Source of the DNA: Macrostomum lignano
Taxonomy: Eukaryota
Direction: 5' to 3'
Length of the DNA stretch: 64,000 nt
Assembly (NCBI GenBank): GCA_002269645.1
Contig: NIVC01000471.1
Coordinates: 1 to 64,000 of the forward strand
The position numbers and the translations under genes were made by a program. This document shows, one piece after another, positions 55,112-64,000 of the stretch (the stretch's first letter is position 1; each line of letters opens with the position of its first letter). Below the pieces are notes generated by a model that saw only the letters and a program-made list of their open reading frames with translations, did not search any database and had not been told where the DNA came from.

Positions 55112-57742
55112 CTGCGACAGGGACTTCAAAAACTTCAGATGCTATTTCAGCAAGTTCAGGGGCTGCTTCAGGGGATACTTCAGGGGCTTCAGCTATCTCA
55201 GCTGGTCTTCTTGACAATCCGTCGGCATTGGAATGCTTTGCACCGCTTCTGTGTTCAATGTCGAACCTGAATTCATTTAGACGCTCTATCCATCTACCTA
55301 AGATTCGGTTGCTTCAGTCTATCTCATGAGCCAAATTATCGCTTTATGATCAGTTCAAGCTAAGAATTTCTTGCCGATCAGATAAAATCTGAAATGCCTC
55401 ATAGCGTCGACAAGGGCTAACAATTCTTTCCGAGTAATGGGGTATCGCTTCTCAGATTATTTCATTGCTCTACTAAAATAAGCTATTGGTCGCTCTATGC
55501 CATCACTCTGGATTTGGCCAAGGCATGCGCCAATCCTGTCGTCACTGGCATTTGTGTCGAGCACCATCTTCACATTCTCATCATCGACATATTCGGGGTA
55601 GGCTAACACTTCAGTGGATATCATTCGCTGCTTTAGGGACTCAAAGGCTTCGTCATGCACTTTGCTTCACTTAGATTGGAAATTCTGGACTCCTTTTCGG
55701 GTCAATTGGAATAGGGAGTGAGCCACTTCGGCATAATTTTTCACAAATCGGCAATAATAATTGCATAGGCCAAGAAAACTGCGTAGTTCTTTTACGTCTT
55801 TGGGACGGGGCCAAGTTTAAATTGCTTCAATCTTCGTCTTGTCTGTTTGAATGCCTTGTCGGCCAATCACGTGTCCTAAATACTTTAACTCGTGATGGAA
55901 AAGATTGCACTTTTTGGGTCTCAACTTCAGACCTGCGGCAATTAGTCGCTTAAACACTTCTCTTAAGTGTTCTAAATGGTCTGCAAAAGTTTAGGAGTAG
56001 GCTATAATATCGTCTATATAGGACATAGCGAACTTGTGTTGAATTCCTAATAGTACTAAATTCATTAGACGTTGGAAGGTTCCGGGGGCATTGGAAAGTC
56101 CTTGGGCCATCACTTGGTGTTCAAATTGGCCTCTAGTTAGGGTGGAGAAGACGGTTCTATGCTTATCTTCTTCTTTGATGGGGACTTGCCAGTATCCTGA
56201 GTTTAAATCAAGGCTGCTAAAATATTGGCTACCAGTTAGGTGGGAGAAGGTCTCTTGGATATTGGGGAGGGGGTAGGGGTAGTAATTAACTCTCGAGTTG
56301 AGCACACGGAAATCGATAACTATTCTAATGGAACCATCTTTCTTGGGGACAATTACTAAGGGGGTGGAGTAGGTTGAGTAACAGGGTCTAATTAGGTTTT
56401 TGGCTAACATATCAACTAATTGGGCGTCAACTTGCTTTTGCAAGTGTGGGGGGATGCGTCTGGCTGGGATTCTAACGGGAGTGGGGTCTTTGATGGATAT
56501 TTCGTGGGTTACTAAGTGTGTCAGGCCCATGTCTAATTCATTCTGGGAAAAAGCTTCACGGTTTTCTTTCATTAAGTCGATGACTGCTTTTCGCTGTTCA
56601 TCTGACAGTTCAGGGCCAAGGCTCACTTCATTAATCCATGAATCTTCTGTACATTGAGTCTGGTTGACTTTCGCAGGGGGTTGGGAGCTGGGGGGTTGGG
56701 TTTGCCAATAGGTTAGATCTTTAGCTTTCATGGGTCTGGCTAAGCCAATTAGGGAAGTCTTAGTTAAATTCACATCTACTGGGTGGCGGTTAATAATTTC
56801 GACAATTCCTCTGCCTTCTTTCATAGTTACTAGGGTTGGAACCATTTCTAATGAGAAATCGCGGGTTCGGATAGTATCGCCAATGGCTTCTATGGTCATG
56901 GGGGTGCCGTAATTCGATTCACAATTCTTGGCTAACTTTACGGGTATTCGGAGAGCACTATTAGCTGGGATGATTGTTCTTTATTGAGTATAAACTCGGC
57001 AAACTTTCACGGGTAGGCGGGTATACTGCATGGATATACAAGTACCTTCGTTAAGCACTAGCATTCCTTTGGCTAGCTGAATGCTTTCGCATTGGGATAG
57101 GAAAAATTCCATTCCTAAAATATTATCGCAATCATGTCGGCATAGGAGGAAATCAACTTCAATTTGGATATCGCCAAACTTCACTTGGGCGGATACTTCT
57201 CCTTCTAATTGAACTGGGTTACCGTCAAATGTACTAATACTTTGCTAGTTTCTTGGATTTGATCGGCACGGAATAGCTTAGACCAGGTTGAGCGGCTCAG
57301 GAAATTATTTCTGGCGCCTGTGTCTAGCAGAAAATCAATGGTCTCTTTCTGGATATCGCCGACAATTACAGCTTCATAGCCTTCTAGCTTAGTCAGGTCG
57401 ATTCGGGATGGGGAATTGGGTTTTGGCTTTTGTCGCTTCCTTGAGCGACTTTCAGCACTGGATAGAGCATTATTGACTTCAATCGCATGGGATACATGGG
57501 GTGCAAGCGCAGTGGGTACATGGGGTGCGGACGCATGATGTACATAAGCTTTGGTCGCATTGGTTACATGAGAGGCGGTCGCATGAGGAGAATTGTACAC
57601 ATGGGGGTCATGGGGGGCATTTGGCATGGCATCGTCGGCATCATCAAAGGCAAGAAGTGAAAAATTGTTGGGGGAGACAGATATCGCGTTATTTACAGGC
57701 ATTGGCTGTACATGGGAGGTTTTGCGGGGATAGCGGAAACCA

Positions 57743-60700
57743 CGCGAGACTTGCCGCCTCTCCAATGGCCTGCATAGCACTGCCAATATTCTGACTGGCC
57801 GCGATCTGGGGAAGGAATTCTCCAATTGCGTCAGCCGCTCAAACTGCGCCTGCCAAATGGCCGACTTTGTGGCTGTGGGGCCGACCTCGCTGAATGCTTT
57901 TTTCGCCTGGCTAAGCACCACATTCCGAGCCGGCGCTATCGTTGTCGCGCACAATGCATCAGGCTATGATTCATTTTTACCGCTTGGCGCTCTACTTAAC
58001 GGCCTGGCCAAGAAGCGGCCCCAAGTGTTGTTCCAGGGCAGTTGGCTAATGTGCATGACGGTGAATAAATTGGTATTTAAAGACTCGCTAAACTATATAC
58101 CAATCCCGCTTGCGCAATTCCCCAAAGCTCTGGGGCTGGAAACAAAGCTGGCCACGACCTTTCCCCACGAGTTCAATAAGCCGGCCAATTGGAACTACGT
58201 GGGTCCCTTCCCGGCTATTGACTATTATGGCGACAAGGCAAACAACGATTACGGCTCCATCTGTGCTTGGCTGGCCTCGCGACAGGGCGAGTTGTTCAAC
58301 TTTAATCGGGAATATCTCGATTATTGTTTGAGCGACACGGTGCTGCTTCGCGAGGGCTGCATCAAGTACAGGGCGATAATTGGTGAAATTTGTGACGGCC
58401 TGGAACCGTTTGTTCAGGCCAACACAATTGCCAGCCTCGCAATGGCCGTCTTCACCACTAACTTCCTGGAGCCCAACTCGGTCGGCGTGATTGCCCAGCA
58501 GGCTGACCAGCAGTCGTTCAAGGCGCGCAAGTGGCTGACTTATTTGAATGCCACTGAATTTGGCGGGCAGCTGCGCACGTGCGACTCGACTAACGGCGGC
58601 GAGACTGTCATACTCGGCCGCAAGGTGGACGGCTTCAATGAGGCCAGCAACACTGTTTTGCAGTTTCATGGCTGTTTCTACTATGGCTGCGAGCAGTGCA
58701 TGCCCGATCAGGATGTCGTCCACACGCTCAAGCGGCAGCCTTTGAGCCACATCCGCCACGAGACTGAGTGGTTACTCGCGAGTTGGAGCGGCATAATTAC
58801 AGTGTTCGTGTCATTTGGGAGCATGAATACAACTCTGTATTGGCATCGCAGGCTGATTTTATCGCCGCAACTGACCATCTGCGCGCCCCGCTCAAGATGG
58901 AGGATGCGCTCTATGGCGGGCGCGTAGTGTTTCATCCCGCATGCTGTGGCCAGCGAGACTGAGACGCTTAAATATCGGGATGTGGTGAGTAGTGATACTA
59001 CTAATATAGTAGAATATTTGTATTTTTGTATAGTAGAATTTTGCAAAAATATGAAAAACCGTTTATGAAATATATATTTGTTTCATTGACTGCCATGCGG
59101 GTCTCTCTGTACCCGACGGTGCAGTCGAAAGACCCGTACCCGATTGGCCACCCGGTGAACCACCCGACGCCGCAGGAGCTCGATTCTGACGCGCTGGCTA
59201 GCTACTTTGGCATTGCCAAAGTGACTGTGCTGCCACCGTCGGATTTGCACATTCCGCTGTTGCCATACAGGGTGCAAAAGAAGCTCTTTTTTGGGCTTTA
59301 CCGCACCTGTATAGAGCAGCCGCAGGAGCAGTGCAGCGGCTGCCACCCCTCAGACGAGGAACGGGCGCTGACTGGCACCTGGGCAACGCCGGAGCTGCGG
59401 AAGGCCTTCCAGTTGGGCTACTAACTGCAAGTTGTGCATTCGCTAGCCTATTGGACAGAGCAGCGGAATGGCCTGTTCAGCGATTACGTCAATACCTTCC
59501 TCAAGTTGAAGGCCGAGTCGAGCGGCTCCCCCGACATGACTGATGAAGACAAGGCCGCCTAAATTGCCGATTTTTTACGCTAAGGAAGGCGTCACGCTGG
59601 TCAAAGTCGAGCCCAACCCTGGACTTCGCTTTGTAGCGAAAAAATTTTTGAATTCGTAAGTAATCATAAATTCTGTTTTTTAAACGATTTCTTCTACTAA
59701 CAGGAACCAATCTTTTCACAAGCTCTGGGGTAAATTCTGTCAGCGTGACGACCTGACATCGACAGAAATAGTTTCCAGTTACGAGGACTGGCTCGCCCGG
59801 CTGACCGAACCCAATCTCGAAGTCAAAGCCTGCGAACCGATTGGCAGCGAGTTTACGCTGCTTGAGCACCGGCACCGCTACTTTAATCAGCGGCCGTTCC
59901 GCTACTCCAATGTGCATATCGGGTTTTACGCAGACACACAGGCCCGGCTGCGCCTGTACGAGGCCTTGGAGGGTCTCTGTGAACGGGCCATTTACTCCGA
60001 CACCGACTCGTAAGTATTGCAGGCTGGATAATTTCTTTTAGAATTGATTACGTATCAATTCCTAACATGTGAAATCCGAACTAATAGCCTATTTTCTTCC
60101 CCCCACCCCCAACACACACACAGGGTCGTTAACCGCCATTCCGAGGGCCAATGGGAGCCGCCCCTATGGCACGAGCCTTGGAATGTGGACGGGACGGATG
60201 AGGTGCCCGCAGGCAGCCGAATGACCGAGTTTGTGAGTGGAGGGCCCAAGCTCTACACTTACACTGTCGAGGATGCGGCTGGGCGGAGGAGCCAGGTCTT
60301 GAAATGCAAGGGCATTCGCTTGACTCCTGAGATTCGGGAGAGCAGTAAGGACTTGCGCACCACGCTGTTACACGGCGGCTCTCTGCAGCTGCCGCAACTT
60401 CAGTTCGGGCGCGACAAGACGTTTCAGCGCGTGCTGACTAAACGAGTGTACGACGGGGCTGTGTGCAGCCAGCCTTATGGTTATAAATAATGCGGCCCTT
60501 GTGACTGACTGACTATTAAATGTACATTAAAACATTTCTGCTTGTAAAAATTTGTAAGAGTAAAATCTATTTGTTGTTTTACATATTTTGCATGTCAAAT
60601 TTACATAAAACCGTTTATGAAGAGGAACCGACCGACTATACAAATGTACATAAACCTTTTGTATCGTATGCAGTGAAATTGCCAATGTAAAAATCCATTG

Positions 60701-61265
60701 TACATATTTTGCGTGTCAGACTTGCCTAAAGTTATTTATGAAGCGAAAATTATTGAAAAACAATGTAAAATTTTCTGTATATTTTATTCGCTGGTGATGT
60801 TGTACATTAATTATTTCCTGTAATTTGCTACTGATTTATTGTAAATATATCTTCTTTGTAAATAGTTTATACATATACGACGTGAGCTACACAATTAGTG
60901 TACTCATTTGGTAGTAGTAGATAATATTGTACAGCTGGCGCGCGCACTCCGACCCACCTCTGCATATACTGCGCTGTACACGTAACAATTAGTGTTTCGA
61001 GTTGGAATTGTACATATAATCTTGTGGGGTTGACGATTCAAGTACGCAGAGCGGGGGCTGTCGTGTAGATTGGGGATTAATGTATACACTGTACATATTA
61101 GAAATTGTCATAGAAGTAGAATAATGCGCAAGTGTACATATAGAAGTATGCACTGTACAGGTAGACATGTACAAATTGAATTTGGCATAGACATAGAAGT
61201 AGACAATGTACATATACAATTTGAGATAGATAGGGATTAATGTACATATACGAATACATGGGATT
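57743..61265 (+). mobile_element. Polinton-like copy D, right part: pPolB exons 4-7 and inverted PolB-side TIR (truncated)
   Basis: Exons 57743-58984, 59101-59655, 59722-60009 and 60124-60490. YRDV|VSLYP, LNS|LWG and TDS|VV junctions. Stops, frameshifts and two mutated acceptors. The TIR runs from about 60898. Confidence 0.87.
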
Positions 61266-62045
61266 TATGTTGTGAGAATACGGTTGTAGCAATTCAGACC
61301 GCAGTCGGTGCAGCGTCTGTAGTTGCGCCGCATGCTCTTGCCAGGCACTTTGCACTGATAGCAGAGGTTGGCACACTTGTGCTCAGCAGAGCTGCAATCG
61401 TACGGCTGCTGGCAGCTTCCGCAATAGCGGCGAGTACCGAAAAATGACGGCACTTTGCACACAGTGTTGAAATGCTCGCCAATCAGGTGCAAATTGAGCA
61501 CTGTGCTGCCAGGCAGGGCATAGATACCTGTGTTGCCCTCTTTAGCGCTGTACACTCGAACGCCAAAATCTCGGCCGGGCGACTGAGCATTAATAGTGGC
61601 CAGCAGTTGGGGGAGCACATCGACGCCATAGGGGCCAGCCTGTGTGATGGTTGATGAAGACTAAAACATTTGTATATTAATAAAAATGCAAATTAATGTG
61701 TAAGATAATTTTCCGAATACAATTTGGCGGCAATCTGAAGCTCCCCAGTCTGCTTCTTCTGCAGTGGGGAGTGGGCTTTGATCGTTTGCCACGTATTCTT
61801 AGTTATGACTTTGGACTCCAGGTCGGCAAAGGCCTTGGCCACCACAAGCGCCCTGATGAGGCAGCGCTTGTCGCCGTTGGCAATGACGACATAATTGCGG
61901 CCTGTCGAATGCCTGGCCTGGATGTCCTTTTCAGCCGCATCTAGGCTGTCGCAGCCGCCCCGCAGGACCCAGGCCTTGAGCAAAAACAATTTAAAGTTGT
62001 TGCCCAAGACACTGGAGTCGGACTGCAGCACCTTGTTAGTATGTT
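61265..62045 (-). pseudogene. pPolB N-terminal fragment, copy E
   Basis: KVLQSDSSVLGNNFKLFLLKAW...KRCLIRALVVAKA...LYS, intron remnant, then LPQLLA...YDCSSAEHKCANLC. Paralogous to copy C. Confidence 0.85.
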
Positions 62046-64000
62046 GGGCTAGCTAGAGGCTCGTTCTCATCCACTACCCCCATCTTCTCGCAGTCAGTGC
62101 GTTTTACGGCTTTTCTTAACACCCCGCCCCCAGCACAAATGTACATTAATAAACAATTTGCCTCTCGCCTGCGCCAGCGTACACCCGCATTTATGCTTTG
62201 TCCCCCTTGTTATCGATCTCATAAGACCTCTTTCGCTCTCTATAAAATCGCTTGAATCATCATGTGCTATGAAGTTTAGGACTGGAGTATTTCGCCAAAT
62301 TCGCATCTAAAGCAAAACAATGATCCAGCAACAAATTATGATTGTGTTAAGGAATCAGGCAAACCAGATTCGCGCGCTGACTAGAGCTATTTTGGCATTC
62401 CAATCGCGATTCAATAGCACTACACAGGCGCCTCGCAGTTCAAAGCAGCACCAATTTCAGTCCGCTTCACTGATTGGCACCGAAAAACTCGTCGGACTGC
62501 TAACAGCCCTAGTTGTTCTTGTATTCGTCTATTCACTAGTTTCGTGCAAGTTTCGGTAGGTTTAAATTGCCTATTTGATTATTTCAACTCTTTTCTCCAT
62601 TTTTGTTTCATCCCTTTTTAACATCAGCACATCGCGCGCGACTCGGCCAAGAACTCCACCACAGTAGCCTTCAATCGCAGCAACTGACCATCAAACCCAA
62701 GAAACATGTCTACAATATCCTTGCGGATCGACTCCTCAGCGCGAATGGCACGCAATTACCCTGGAAAGTATTGATGAGGGAGAAACGCAAAACCAATCCG
62801 GAGAGACGATCGAATTGTATACCGTCCCATCGTAGCAGATGCATGGCCTGACTGCCCAGGCTCTGGGGTGATGGGAACCGCACAATTTCTTGAAAAAAAA
62901 CGCCGATGTAGTGGTACTAACACACGGTGCATATTTTTTGATTTTTGATATTATTTTGTACCTGCGATCAGCAGACCACCGTCTATGTTCTGTAACGGCT
63001 CAACTGCTTAAATTTACTTTAAATTTAATTTCCGTGTGCTTGATGCTACGACATCTGCTCATTCCTCTTATTTTCAACACTTTATGGCCATTGTTGCTAA
63101 CTTTCCCAATATTACTGTTTAATTTTATGATATTTACGTGTTGGTGCTAAGTCTAGCTTCATCGGTCTGTTCCTTAGCAATAATCGGAGTGTTTCTAAAT
63201 TTAAGTGTCTTTTTGTTTTGTGTTCTATTCTAAATCTCGAGCTTTTTGCTTAATTAACGTATAATTTTTCCTTCAACACTGTAGTATAAAACCAAAACTT
63301 TTAAATCTTGATCGTTAAACTGTTTTGGTCTTTAGACTCTAGTATTCACTTTAGTTCTAGTGTAAGATCTAAACGTTGTTCAAAGCTTGCTGTGTGTACA
63401 ATTCATATTAAGCGTTGAATAGAATATTGCACAAATTAAAGTATTGCACAAATTAAGAACACAGTATTATAATCGATATGCGGTCAAAGCCTCTCCTACT
63501 AGTCGGTAACTTCTTTTTAGTCAAATTTTCAACCCACTCCAATGCACTACCCTTAATCGAAGCCAACATGCTACGTACACTCCCTCTCGCTACAGACTAA
63601 GGCTGTTAAAAAAGCTCCGAAGCAACGCACTGGAAATAATCACCAAGACATCGCTTGACTCGACTTGCCAAAAGAAACAAAAGACACAAGTTTTTAATTT
63701 TAATACTGTATAGTGGGTGCTTGTCAAATCATAAATTTTCTAGCGTTATCAACCATATCTAAATATACTAAATCTCTAATTCTTTATTCTATGCGTCTGT
63801 TTCCTAATACCTTTTGCTTGCATTTTTACTAAGTAAATTTATTTTTCGGTTTACTCGCTTTACTTTAGCTATAAAAGAAATATACAAGAAACTAAAAAAC
63901 AGCGTACGTACAACAGTTGTTTTTCAAAGCTTATACTCTATTAAATTACACCAAAAGTTCAAAGTATAAAGTATCGATTCAAACCTCAGTTCACATAATT

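Larger units (their letters stand above)
37709..57742 (-). mobile_element. Ty3/Gypsy LTR retrotransposon G1 (degenerate; gag and 5' LTR lost; interrupted by G2)
   Basis: PR LLDTGA near 57320. RT (IVIDFRVLN, YIDD) at 55991-56899. RNase H near 55457-55660. Integrase (GHLGRDKT...C..C, LHIDIIGP, TDNG) at about 40500-41300. Probable 3' LTR end TGTTACA at 37709. Pol reads through the G2 insertion site. Confidence 0.88.

Noticed and set aside
62040-64000. Possible LTR and leader of a third retroelement
   Set aside because: No second LTR, clear PBS or gag/pol sequence within the window.

Overview
Eukaryotic (animal-like) genomic DNA. It has GT-AG spliceosomal introns, GC-rich exons and many tandem repeats. 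No CRISPR, rRNA or tRNA genes are supportable. From left to right: (1) Most of a WDR3/UTP12 (DIP2) ribosome-biogenesis gene on the minus strand (1-7193), with its large introns filled by minisatellites. (2) The last exon of a small single-pass membrane protein with a PPxY motif. (3) A nested set of non-autonomous DNA transposons (10.4-13.3 kb). (4) A 4.7-kb long-TIR element carrying a spliced CxC/KDZ-type transposase fragment (13.8-18.5 kb). (5) A chain of rearranged copies (A-E) of a Polinton/Maverick-like linear element, 23.2-62.0 kb. Together the copies reconstruct a roughly 10-kb unit with roughly 400-450 bp TIRs, a dUTPase, a PC4-type ssDNA-binding protein and a protein-primed PolB gene split by six spliceosomal introns; no integrase or capsid gene is recognisable. 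(6) Inside this chain, an old Ty3/Gypsy element (G1) interrupted by a very young Ty3/Gypsy element (G2) with 578-bp LTRs that look identical by eye and a CTGC target-site duplication. The G2 polyprotein carries a herpes-gB-like (class III) envelope glycoprotein in frame between Gag and protease. The two standout candidates are the G2 gag-env-pro-pol polyprotein and the intron-containing pPolB replicon. All family assignments come from motif recognition by eye; no database search was run. Many single-base frameshifts are probably consensus errors.
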